Origin: Candidatus Omnitrophota bacterium
GTDB taxonomy: Bacteria > Omnitrophota > Gorgyraeia > Gygaellales > Profunditerraquicolaceae
Direction of reading: 5' to 3'
NCBI GenBank assembly: GCA_963805065.1
Contig: CAWDSS010000010.1
Coordinates: forward strand, 1,112,359 to 1,176,358
DNA: 64,000 nucleotides
A model generated the notes under the pieces. It saw only the letters and a list, made by a program, of their open reading frames with translations. It did not search any database and had not been told where the DNA came from. Within the stretch, counting starts at the first letter, position 1; each line of letters begins with the position of its first letter. Both the position numbers and the translations under genes were made by a program. Shown here piece after piece: positions 19,303-27,629 of this stretch.

Positions 19303-20991
19303 ATGCACAGTCATAAGATTCTAAATATCGCCCCGCAAGACTCCCAGCGCCAAAATGATTTCAGTAAGGAGCTCGGCACTTCTAAAATTCTTGCCCAGAT
19401 TTTGATAAATCGAGGGATAAGCAGTATCAAAGAAGCCCAGGAATTCTTAAATCCTTCCTGCAAAGATCTTTACGACCCATTCTTATTTTGCGATATGCAT
19501 AAGGCAGTGGATTTGATTAAAAGGGCTATAAAGAACAAGGATAAAATCCTCATTTTCGGGGATTATGACGTAGACGGCATAACCGCATTAACTTTGCTTT
19601 ATGATACGCTGACAAATTTGGGGGCAAAGGTGATGCATTATCTGCCTCACAGGATAAAAGAGGGTTATGGTTTAAGCAAGGGGATAGTTAACATAGCTAA
19701 GAAAAATAATATCAAGCTCCTTATTACGGTTGACTGCGGTATAACAAACCATAAAGAAATAGAACTCTTAAGGCAGCATAATATAGAAGTGATTATCACC
19801 GACCATCATGAGCCGCAGAACGATATATTGCCTTCTGCCTCCAGCATCATAAATCCGAAAACCAAAGGTTCAAATTACAAATACAGGGATTTGGCAGGAG
19901 TGGGAGTTGCTTATAAGCTTTGCCAGGCCATAAGCGGCTCTGTAATGCTTGAAGATTTAGACCTGGTTTGTTTGGGCACGATTGCCGATAGCGTCCCGCT
20001 CACAGGCGAGAACAGGGTAATTGCTAAAGAGGGATTAATAAGATTATCACAGACCAAAAGAGAGGGTTTGAGAGTTTTGATAGAGAATGCAGGCATTCAA
20101 AACAAGAAATTTACCTCTACCTATGTTAGCTTCATACTGGGCCCCCGCTTAAATGCAAGCGGCCGCATGGACTCGGCAGAAACTTCATTTAATTTGCTGA
20201 TGAGTGAATCCCGGGAAGAGGCAGGTAAGCTAGCAAATACCATAGAAGGGCATAACCGTATGCGTCAGAAGGTTGAGGGTAAGATTCTGGAGGAGGCGCA
20301 GGATTTAATCGATCGGGAAGTCAATTTTAAGGACCATAAAATAATTGTTATTGCCAAAGAGGATTGGCACCACGGAGTCCTGGGAATAGTGGCTTCTAAA
20401 TTAGCCGACAAATTCTATAGGCCGGCAATTGTGATATCAGTCAGCGAAGATTTATGCAAGGGTTCGGCCCGTTCTATAAAAAATTTCCATTTATTTGAAG
20501 CACTTCTGGATTGCAAAGAATTTTTAAATACTTTCGGTGGCCATAGCCATGCAGCGGGGCTGGTGATTACCAAAAACAATATAGAGGATTTTAAACAGAA
20601 TATTAACCGCCTTGCGCGCGAGAGGTTGTCTTTAACCGACCTGATGCCTAGCGTTGATATCGACGCAGAACTAAACCTGTCGGAATTAAACGAAGAAATA
20701 ATAGCTGAACTGGAAAAACTTGAGCCTTATGGCGCAGGCAATCCCGAACCCCTGATTTTTACCAGGAATCTTAAGCTAAAAGGAGAACCGCAGACTTTAA
20801 GCAGAGAAACCTTGAAATTCTGGGTAACTGACACAAATACAACTTATCAGGCAATAGGGTTTGGCATGAGCGGTATTAAGGATAGTTTCACTCACGCTGA
20901 TTGTTTTGATTTGGTATATACTCCCAGGATTGATAATTGGCGGGGTGATTCAGCTATTCTTTTAGAAGTTAAGGATATATTTTTCCACTAA
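19303..20991 (+). CDS. recJ: Single-stranded-DNA-specific exonuclease RecJ
   Basis: DHH-family motifs GDYDVDGIT, DCG and ITDHHEP. DHHA1 GGHSHAAG. Confidence 0.93.
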   Translation: MHSHKILNIAPQDSQRQNDFSKELGTSKILAQILINRGISSIKEAQEFLNPSCKDLYDPFLFCDMHKAVDLIKRAIKNKDKILIFGDYDVDGITALTLLYDTLTNLGAKVMHYLPHRIKEGYGLSKGIVNIAKKNNIKLLITVDCGITNHKEIELLRQHNIEVIITDHHEPQNDILPSASSIINPKTKGSNYKYRDLAGVGVAYKLCQAISGSVMLEDLDLVCLGTIADSVPLTGENRVIAKEGLIRLSQTKREGLRVLIENAGIQNKKFTSTYVSFILGPRLNASGRMDSAETSFNLLMSESREEAGKLANTIEGHNRMRQKVEGKILEEAQDLIDREVNFKDHKIIVIAKEDWHHGVLGIVASKLADKFYRPAIVISVSEDLCKGSARSIKNFHLFEALLDCKEFLNTFGGHSHAAGLVITKNNIEDFKQNINRLARERLSLTDLMPSVDIDAELNLSELNEEIIAELEKLEPYGAGNPEPLIFTRNLKLKGEPQTLSRETLKFWVTDTNTTYQAIGFGMSGIKDSFTHADCFDLVYTPRIDNWRGDSAILLEVKDIFFH

Positions 20992-20996
20992 AGATT

Positions 20997-21224
20997 TTAG
21001 GCTTTACGAAAATCGCCTTTTTTAATGCATTTTGCGCATACATAAACACTTTTGGGGTGTTTATTGATTAATATACGCATCTTTTGAAGATTGGGCAGGA
21101 ATTTACGCTTGGACCAGCGGCTTATTTTGCTGCCTGTGCCGCCTTTACTCTTAGCTAGACCTTTTCTAGTTACGACTTTCCCCGTAAGTTCACCTTTGCC
21201 GCATAAAGCACATTTTTTGAACAT
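20997..21224 (-). CDS. rpmB: 50S ribosomal protein L28
   Basis: MFKKCALCGKGELTGKVV...RKFLPNLQKMRI is L28-like. ATG (CAT at 21222-21224) is preceded by GGAG. The longer ORF-track version (to 21380) adds a non-homologous extension. Confidence 0.9.
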   Translation of the reverse strand: MFKKCALCGKGELTGKVVTRKGLAKSKGGTGSKISRWSKRKFLPNLQKMRILINKHPKSVYVCAKCIKKGDFRKA

Positions 21225-21418
21225 TTTGATTATCTCCTTCAATAAGCTTAAATTATGGCATAAAACAAGTGATTTGTAAGTTCGAAGGGACTCCTTGATA
21301 TTTTTTGAGTTGTAGCTTATTTTGTATATAAGGCTTATTCCAAAAAATATCAAGGAATTCAGCCATAAATTTACGTTCACTGTCGTAGATGTAAATTTAT
21401 GGCTGAATTAGAGTATAC

Positions 21419-21446
21419 TTGAAAATAATGGCTTGTCAAGTATAAT
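21419..21446 (+). promoter_or_regulatory. Putative sigma70-type promoter (TTGAAA-16-TATAAT) for the helicase gene
   Basis: TTGAAA at 21419-21424 and TATAAT at 21441-21446, 19 nt before ATG 21465. Confidence 0.5.
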
Positions 21447-21464
21447 AGGGGGGGGTATTATTGC

Positions 21465-24371
21465 ATGGCTGAAGTTCTAGAAGGGTTAAATAAGGAACAA
21501 ATTGAGGCGGTTACGCACAAGAACGGCCCCTTGCTGATTATTGCCGGCGCAGGCACAGGCAAAACTACGGTTATTACCCGTAGAATCACCTGGCTTTTAG
21601 CCGAAGGCCTGGCAAAGACCAATGAGATATTAGCGCTTACCTTTACTGACAAGGCAGCTTTACAAATGCTTGAGCGCGTGGATGTGCTGGTGCCATATGG
21701 ATATACCGATATATGGGTTTCTACATTTCATGCTTTCGGCGATAAAATGCTTCGTGAAAATGCCTTGGTTGCCGGCCTAGATTCTGATTTTAAGGTCTTA
21801 ACTCGGCCCGAGGCAGCAGTATTCGTTCGTGAGCATCTGTTTGAATTCGACCTTTCTTACTATCGCCCGTTGTCTGACCCCACGCGTTTTATCGAGGCAT
21901 TGATTTCAGTATTCAGCCGGGCTAAAGACGAAGATATTTCTCCTGCAGAGTACATTAAATTTGCACAGGCGCTTGTCTTAAAATCGAAAGAAAACCCTGA
22001 TGATCAGTCCTTGCAGGAAGAAGCATTGCAGCAGATGGAAATTGCGGCCGCTTACGCCAGATTCCAGGAATTGTTAGCCAAAAATGGATTAGTTGATTTT
22101 GGCAATCAATTTCATCTTGCATTAAAGCTTTTGAGAGAGCATCCTCTGATTTTAAAAAAGTACCAGCAGCAGTTTAAGTATATACTTGTGGATGAATTTC
22201 AGGATACGAACTTCGCGCAATTCCAGATGGTAAAATTACTTTCTGGCGGGCTTAAAAATATCAATGTAGTTGCTGATGATGATCAATGCATCTATCGTTG
22301 GCGGGGCGCAGCTTACAGTAACGTCTTAAATTTTGTAGATAGCTTTCCCGAAGCCAAAAAGGTCAGCCTGATTCAGAATTATCGTTCAGGACAACAGTTG
22401 TTGGATAGTGCCTATAAGCTGATTCAGAATAATAATCCGGAACGCTTTGAGGTAAAAGCAGGCATAGATAAAAAGCTAAAAGGCCAAGCTGAAGGGGTTG
22501 CCCCACAGCATAAACATTTTGATACTAATTCAGCTGAGGCAGATTGGGTGGCGCAAACAATACGGGATAAAGTTGAATCTAAAAAATTCGACTATAAAGA
22601 TTTTGCCATACTCGTTCGCTCTAATTCTGACGCGCAGGCCTATTTGCAGGCGCTGAATTTGCAAAATACTCCCTGGCAATTTAGCGGCAGTCAGGGCCTT
22701 TATTCAAGGCAGGAGGTTAAGCTGTGTATTAATTTCCTGCGGGTTATTGCCAATCCTTCTGATTCCCTTAGCCTTTATTATTTATCATCAGGCGAAATCT
22801 ACGCATTGGGTATTTCAGATTTAACCTTGTGCATGCATTATGCAAAACGCAGGAATAAAACTTTGTATTCCGTATTCAGGGATCTTGACAACATCGCTGA
22901 ATTGTCCGAGGTAAGCGATAAATCGCGCGATAAAATAAAAGATATCTTGAAAGATATGGATAAATTTATGGAAATTTCCCGTGAAGAAACTAGCGGAAGG
23001 CTGCTTTATGCTTTTTTAACTGAAACAGGATTCTTAAAGGCCCTGACCAAGGATATGAATTCCCAGAAAGAAGCCAAAATTCAGAATCTTGCCAAATTCT
23101 TTAACATTGTGCGTGATTTTGAGCTAGTGGCAAAAGAAGACCGGGTGTTAAATTTCGTAAATTATCTGGACCTGCTAATCGAGGCAGGAGACGATCCTGA
23201 AACTGCCGGAACTGATTTAGATACCGATGCCGTCAACGTGCTCACTATACATAAAGCCAAGGGGTTGGAATTCAGGGTAGTGTTTATGGTAAGTTTGGTT
23301 AATGGCAAGTTTCCCGTAGCTGGCCGCAGGCAGTCAATTGAGCTGCCCGATTCATTAATCAAAGAGATATTGCCGGCGGGAGATTATCATATCCAGGAAG
23401 AACGCCGCTTGTTTTATGTAGGCATGACCCGGGCAAAGCAGGAACTTTTCTTAACCTCTGCGGTTGATTACGGCGGCGCACGCATGCGGCGGATCAGCCA
23501 ATTTGTAATTGAGGCACTGGGTGATGCAGTTAAAGAGAAAGAGAAGCAAAAAACAGGGGCACTGGAAACTATAAAGCGCTTTGCGCCTCAAAAAGAAGCC
23601 CAAAAGAAAGCTATCCGTAATGTAGCGCAGGATGAATTTATTTATTTAAGTTTTTATCAGATAGACGATTACCTTAGCTGCCCGTTAAAATATAAATATG
23701 TGCACATATTGCGCGTGCCGATTATGGAGCATCATACGGTTATATACGGGAGGGCAATGCATGAAGCAGTAACAAAATATTTCCAGTTAAAAATAGCTGG
23801 TAAAGAAATGGAGCTTGCCGATTTATTAAATGCATTTAAGGAAAGTTTTGACCCGCAGGGATTTTTAGATGAAAGACACCAGAAGGAACGTTTTCACATC
23901 GGGCAGGAGGCATTAATCCGTTTTTTTAATTCTGAAGAGAAACGTAGTTCCATGCCCTTATATATTGAAAAAGATTTTGCATTTACCTTTGAAAATAATA
24001 AAATCAGGGGCCGTTTTGACCGTATTGACATGGAGAATGATCTAGCCGTGATTATTGATTTCAAGACCTCAGAAATAACCAAACAAAAAGATGCAGACAA
24101 GCGCGCCAAAGAAAGCATGCAGCTGGCGTTATACGCCCTGGCTTACAAGAATATATCCGGTAAGTTGCCCATAAGAGAGGAGTTGCATTTTCTTGAATCC
24201 GGGCTCATTGGTGTTGATAGGAAAGAGGAAAAAGACCTCGAAAACGTAAAGGAAAAAATAAGCGTAGTCGCCGCTGGTGTGCACAAGCGCGAATTTAGCG
24301 CCACTCCCGGTTACATGGTTTGCAATTATTGCGCTTATAATCAGATTTGCCCATTCGCCAGCATTAAATAA
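21465..24371 (+). CDS. UvrD/PcrA-type superfamily-1 helicase fused to a C-terminal PD-(D/E)XK nuclease with AddB-type Fe-S cysteines
   Basis: Walker A GAGTGKT, VDEFQDT and TIHKAKGLEF helicase motifs. C-terminus has IIDFKT (nuclease motif) and the cysteine pattern C(PLKY)...CNYCAYNQIC (C-x2-C-x5-C). Confidence 0.85.
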   Translation: MAEVLEGLNKEQIEAVTHKNGPLLIIAGAGTGKTTVITRRITWLLAEGLAKTNEILALTFTDKAALQMLERVDVLVPYGYTDIWVSTFHAFGDKMLRENALVAGLDSDFKVLTRPEAAVFVREHLFEFDLSYYRPLSDPTRFIEALISVFSRAKDEDISPAEYIKFAQALVLKSKENPDDQSLQEEALQQMEIAAAYARFQELLAKNGLVDFGNQFHLALKLLREHPLILKKYQQQFKYILVDEFQDTNFAQFQMVKLLSGGLKNINVVADDDQCIYRWRGAAYSNVLNFVDSFPEAKKVSLIQNYRSGQQLLDSAYKLIQNNNPERFEVKAGIDKKLKGQAEGVAPQHKHFDTNSAEADWVAQTIRDKVESKKFDYKDFAILVRSNSDAQAYLQALNLQNTPWQFSGSQGLYSRQEVKLCINFLRVIANPSDSLSLYYLSSGEIYALGISDLTLCMHYAKRRNKTLYSVFRDLDNIAELSEVSDKSRDKIKDILKDMDKFMEISREETSGRLLYAFLTETGFLKALTKDMNSQKEAKIQNLAKFFNIVRDFELVAKEDRVLNFVNYLDLLIEAGDDPETAGTDLDTDAVNVLTIHKAKGLEFRVVFMVSLVNGKFPVAGRRQSIELPDSLIKEILPAGDYHIQEERRLFYVGMTRAKQELFLTSAVDYGGARMRRISQFVIEALGDAVKEKEKQKTGALETIKRFAPQKEAQKKAIRNVAQDEFIYLSFYQIDDYLSCPLKYKYVHILRVPIMEHHTVIYGRAMHEAVTKYFQLKIAGKEMELADLLNAFKESFDPQGFLDERHQKERFHIGQEALIRFFNSEEKRSSMPLYIEKDFAFTFENNKIRGRFDRIDMENDLAVIIDFKTSEITKQKDADKRAKESMQLALYALAYKNISGKLPIREELHFLESGLIGVDRKEEKDLENVKEKISVVAAGVHKREFSATPGYMVCNYCAYNQICPFASIK

Positions 24372-24394
24372 TTACGTTAACAGTAGCAGTTTTA

Positions 24395-24403
24395 TGATAT
24401 AAT
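24395..24403 (+). promoter_or_regulatory. Extended -10 promoter element (TGaTATAAT)
   Basis: TG at 24395-24396 and TATAAT at 24398-24403, just upstream of the structured leader. Confidence 0.45.
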
Positions 24404-24407
24404 GAAG

Positions 24408-24509
24408 CCCTCGTGTTAAAATCCGAGGTTTGCGGGCGGAATACTAGAGCGGTAATTGTTCATTTTCGGCTCGAAGGTCCGCGCCCTTCAGGGCGCGGTT
24501 TTTGCCCGC
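24408..24509 (+). ncRNA. Unclassified structured leader or small RNA ending in an intrinsic terminator
   Basis: Hairpin CCCTCG/CGAGG (24408-24428). Outer helix GCGGGC (24432-24437) / GCCCGC (24504-24509). Terminator hairpin CCGCGCCC-TTCA-GGGCGCGG (24479-24498) plus TTTTT. Confidence 0.45.
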
Positions 24510-24543
24510 GAAAGTATAATTTTAAATTCACAAGGAGGAAACT

Positions 24544-24699
24544 ATGGGGCCTAATGCAGCTGTTACGCTTTTGTTATTATTCCTGCTGGTTTTTATCTTC
24601 GACATTTCTTTTAACCTGCGCAGGTTAATCAAGAACATAGACAGGGTTTGGAGAAAATTAGAAGAAATAAATACCTGCCTCCAGAATAAATCTCTGTAG
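24544..24699 (+). CDS. Small hydrophobic protein (51 aa)
   Basis: MGPNAAVTLLLLFLLVFIFDISFNLRRLIKNIDRVWRKLEEINTCLQNKSL. AAGGAGG lies 6 nt upstream. One predicted TM segment. Confidence 0.5.
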   Translation: MGPNAAVTLLLLFLLVFIFDISFNLRRLIKNIDRVWRKLEEINTCLQNKSL

Positions 24700-24740
24700 T
24701 TTCGCATCGTATTAATTATTTAGCAAGGAAGAAGGTAAAA

Positions 24741-25691
24741 ATGTTTCGTGAAAAAATCAAGGTTTTGGATTGCACCATAAGGGACGGGGGCCTCATAAAT
24801 AACCATGATTTTGACGTCAGGTTCGTGCGCGAGGTATACAAGGCGCTCTCAGCAGCAGGCGTCGATTATATGGAAATCGGCTATAAAAATTCTAAAAAGC
24901 TTTTTTCGCCCAAGGAATTCGGGAAATGGAAATTCTGCGATGATGAGGATATAAAGAAGGTTATTGAGGGGATAGATTCTAAGACAAAAATATCCATCAT
25001 GGTAGATGTCGACAGGGTTGACCCGGAAGACGTCTTGCCCCGCAAGGACAGCCCCGTTAGCATGATACGCGTAGCCTCTTACGTGAAAGATATAGATAAG
25101 GCAATATATTTGGTAAATCACTTTGCTGAAAAAGGCTACGAGACCACGGTAAATATCATGGCCATATCAAAGGCCCTGGACAATGAATTAAACGAATGCC
25201 TGCATCAACTTGAGCAGGAAAGTAAAGCCGCAGTTATATATGTAGTAGATAGTTTCGGAGCGTTATACCAGGAGACAACGGAGTTCCTGATTAAGAAGGC
25301 AAAGAGTATTTTAAAGACCAAGGAAGTAGGCATCCATGCCCACAATAACCAGCAGCTTGCCTTTGGAAATACTATCGAGGCTATAATTCACGATGCTAAT
25401 TTTGTGGACGGCACTGTCTATGGCCTGGGCAGGGCAGCAGGTAATTGCCCGTTGGAACTTATTTTAGGGTTTTTAAAAAATCCCAAATTTGATATACGGC
25501 CTATCCTGGATTTAATATCAAAGGAATTTATCCCCTTAAGGCAAAAAATAGAATGGGGATATATTATTCCTTATGCAATAACCGGCATCCTTGATGAGCA
25601 TCCCAGGGCTGCTATGGCTCTACGCAACAGCGACAAGAAGGAAAATTACAGGGAATTTTACGAGGGCCTAGTGGGAGAGGATGAGAATTAG
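24741..25691 (+). CDS. DRE-TIM metallolyase family aldolase (HMGL-like / 4-hydroxy-2-oxovalerate aldolase-like)
   Basis: N-terminal LDCTIRDGG signature and HAHNN metal-binding motif. 316 aa. Confidence 0.75.
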   Translation: MFREKIKVLDCTIRDGGLINNHDFDVRFVREVYKALSAAGVDYMEIGYKNSKKLFSPKEFGKWKFCDDEDIKKVIEGIDSKTKISIMVDVDRVDPEDVLPRKDSPVSMIRVASYVKDIDKAIYLVNHFAEKGYETTVNIMAISKALDNELNECLHQLEQESKAAVIYVVDSFGALYQETTEFLIKKAKSILKTKEVGIHAHNNQQLAFGNTIEAIIHDANFVDGTVYGLGRAAGNCPLELILGFLKNPKFDIRPILDLISKEFIPLRQKIEWGYIIPYAITGILDEHPRAAMALRNSDKKENYREFYEGLVGEDEN

Positions 25692-25693
25692 GC

Positions 25694-26326
25694 ATGGATG
25701 TTGCAAGATTTAAGAAGCTGCCGGTTATGGGGATTATACGGGGCATTGAGCCCGGGTTATTAGAGCCCCTTATAGAAACAATCATTGCCAGCGGCCTTAA
25801 AACAATTGAAATTACCATGAACACCAAAGGCGCTGGCCAGCTCATCGCTAAAGCGGTTAAATTATCCAACGGGAGATTATGCATCGGGGCCGGGACTGTG
25901 CTTGATATGAGCAGCCTGAAATCCGCGCTTTCCGCCGGGGCTACGTTTGTAGTAATGCCTAGCCTTATTAAAGACGTTATGGAATATTGCGTTAAAAATA
26001 AAATTCCCGTATTTCCCGGAGCGCTTACTCCTACAGAGATATATATGGCATGGCAAAATGGCGCAACCATGGTTAAAGTTTTCCCGGCAAAAGTTTTTGG
26101 CCCGGAATATTTTAAAGAAATAAAGGGCCCTTTTGAGGATATAGAACTTTTAGCCTGTTCAGGCGTTACTCCTGATAATTTGAGCGCTTATTTTTCCTGT
26201 GGCGCAAGTGCCGTGAGTTTCGGGGCAAGCGTGTTTAAAAAAGAGTGGCTAAAAGTAAGGGATTTTGTAAGTATAACAAAGCGCATAAAAGAATATTTAA
26301 GCGTGCTAGAAAAGCCTAAAATATGA
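25694..26326 (+). CDS. eda: KDPG / 4-hydroxy-2-oxoglutarate aldolase family protein
   Basis: Class-I aldolase Eda-like: PVMGIIRG, IEITMNT, GAGTVLD and KVFPA (Schiff-base lysine context). 210 aa. Confidence 0.75.
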   Translation: MDVARFKKLPVMGIIRGIEPGLLEPLIETIIASGLKTIEITMNTKGAGQLIAKAVKLSNGRLCIGAGTVLDMSSLKSALSAGATFVVMPSLIKDVMEYCVKNKIPVFPGALTPTEIYMAWQNGATMVKVFPAKVFGPEYFKEIKGPFEDIELLACSGVTPDNLSAYFSCGASAVSFGASVFKKEWLKVRDFVSITKRIKEYLSVLEKPKI

Positions 26327-26727
26327 GTAACGGATCTTCGGCCAATGAAAAACGCAGGTCCAAACGCTTAAGGGCAAATTTTACTATTTTTTATCAGGTA
26401 GATAAGCCTCCCACCGTGGTGATGAATGTCGGATACGGCATAGAAATAGAATCCCTGATGCTGGATTTAAGCGAAGGCGGGATGGCAATCCTGACAAATT
26501 ACGACCTTCCTGTAAATACAGTCCTTTTGATTAAGTTCATCCTGATAAACCGCGCTTTACAGGGAGATAACAGGGTAATCAAGCTGAGTATGACCGGTAT
26601 AGTATGTTATAATCAGCTATGTGAGAATGAAGAGCACAGGCTGGGGATACGTTTTAGCGAAATCAGCGAAAAAGACAAACAGGCAATAGCAGATTTTATC
26701 AGGTCATACTCTTTGAAGAAAACATGA
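26323..26727 (+). CDS. PilZ domain protein
   Basis: RRSKR...(about 30 aa)...DLSEGGMAIL matches the RxxxR / D-x-S-x-x-G PilZ c-di-GMP-binding pattern. Confidence 0.7.
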   Translation: MSNGSSANEKRRSKRLRANFTIFYQVDKPPTVVMNVGYGIEIESLMLDLSEGGMAILTNYDLPVNTVLLIKFILINRALQGDNRVIKLSMTGIVCYNQLCENEEHRLGIRFSEISEKDKQAIADFIRSYSLKKT

Positions 26728-27065
26728 TTCCTCTAACCAATATTCAGCTCGATAAAGAAATCCATGAGATTAAGGGACTGAATTTTCAGGAAGTAAGGAC
26801 AAACGACAGTGATTTTTTTGAAGCTGTTTTGGTAAAGGCCGTATTAGCTGATTTGACTAAAGGCCTGGAAAAGATTTTCGGGAGAGCCCAGTTTCCGTCA
26901 GAAAAAGCATTGCCCCTGGAGGTAGAGCAGAAAGTCAGCGAATTCGGGGGAATAAGGAGCGGACAGGCATTATATTTCTTGAAGGGCCAGGAATCAATTT
27001 TGTTTGCCATGCTTTGGCCCTGGCAGGACGGCGAGCATATAACACTGAAAATCTTTCGCAGCTAA
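26724..27065 (+). CDS. Hypothetical protein
   Basis: 113-aa ORF with a 4-nt overlap to the PilZ gene. No motif recognised. Confidence 0.5.
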   Translation: MIPLTNIQLDKEIHEIKGLNFQEVRTNDSDFFEAVLVKAVLADLTKGLEKIFGRAQFPSEKALPLEVEQKVSEFGGIRSGQALYFLKGQESILFAMLWPWQDGEHITLKIFRS

Positions 27066-27104
27066 ATTTATGATTAAGAGGTACTTTAACAGAAAGGAAA
27101 ATAA

Positions 27105-27266
27105 ATGATTGAGAAAAGCGAGTACAAAGGCAAGCCTATCATCGTCATAAAAAGAAACGATGAGGACAAATATCCTTTTTCCTTTGGGTTGAGCAAGGCA
27201 AAACTCATATTGGAAAACATTGAAGAGATAAAGAAATTCGTGGAAGAAAATGGCCAATCAGCGTAA
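27105..27266 (+). CDS. Hypothetical small protein (53 aa)
   Basis: MIEKSEYKGKPIIVIKRNDEDKYPFSFGLSKAKLILENIEEIKKFVEENGQSA. GAAAGGAAA upstream. Below the ORF-track cutoff. Confidence 0.45.
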   Translation: MIEKSEYKGKPIIVIKRNDEDKYPFSFGLSKAKLILENIEEIKKFVEENGQSA

Positions 27267-27273
27267 GTTTTGT

Positions 27274-27302
27274 TTGACTTATAATACAAAGTAGCGTATA
27301 AT
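27274..27302 (+). promoter_or_regulatory. Putative sigma70-type promoter (TTGACT-17-TATAAT) for rpsO-pnp
   Basis: TTGACT at 27274-27279, 17-nt spacer, TATAAT at 27297-27302. Confidence 0.55.
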
Positions 27303-27329
27303 TGTTTAAATAAAAGGAGGTGATAAGGA

Positions 27330-27599
27330 TTGGTTTTGGTTAAAGATAAGAAAACAAAGATCATCGATGAGTTTAAGGTTCATGCCAGGGATACAGGATC
27401 TGCAGAGGTCCAGATAGCTATTTTAACTGAAAGGATCAATATCTTAGGAGAACACTTTAAGCTTCACAAGAATGATTTTCATTCTCGCCGCGGCTTGCTT
27501 AGTCTTGTCGGCAGGCGCCGCAGACTCCTCAATTACCTCAAGAAAAAAGACATCAAGAAATACGAAAATGTCTTAGAGAAACTTAGCTTGAGAAAATAA
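27330..27599 (+). CDS. rpsO: 30S ribosomal protein S15
   Basis: [37 protein letters not shown] is the S15 signature. AGGAGGTG upstream, TTG start. Confidence 0.95.
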   Translation: MVLVKDKKTKIIDEFKVHARDTGSAEVQIAILTERINILGEHFKLHKNDFHSRRGLLSLVGRRRRLLNYLKKKDIKKYENVLEKLSLRK

Positions 27600-27629
27600 T
27601 TCGGGGCTTTATCCTATAAGATAAATATT

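Noticed and set aside
20997-21380. 127-aa version of the L28 ORF.
   Set aside because: Only the C-terminal 75 aa are L28-like. The internal ATG (21222-21224 on the - strand) has a GGAG SD. The upstream 52 codons are low-complexity and overlap the promoter/hairpin region.
24413-24628. 71-aa ORF MLKSEVCGRNTRAV... across the structured leader.
   Set aside because: It spans a terminator hairpin and overlaps, out of frame, a better-supported SD-preceded small ORF (24544-24699). There is no SD, and the composition is driven by the GC-rich hairpins.
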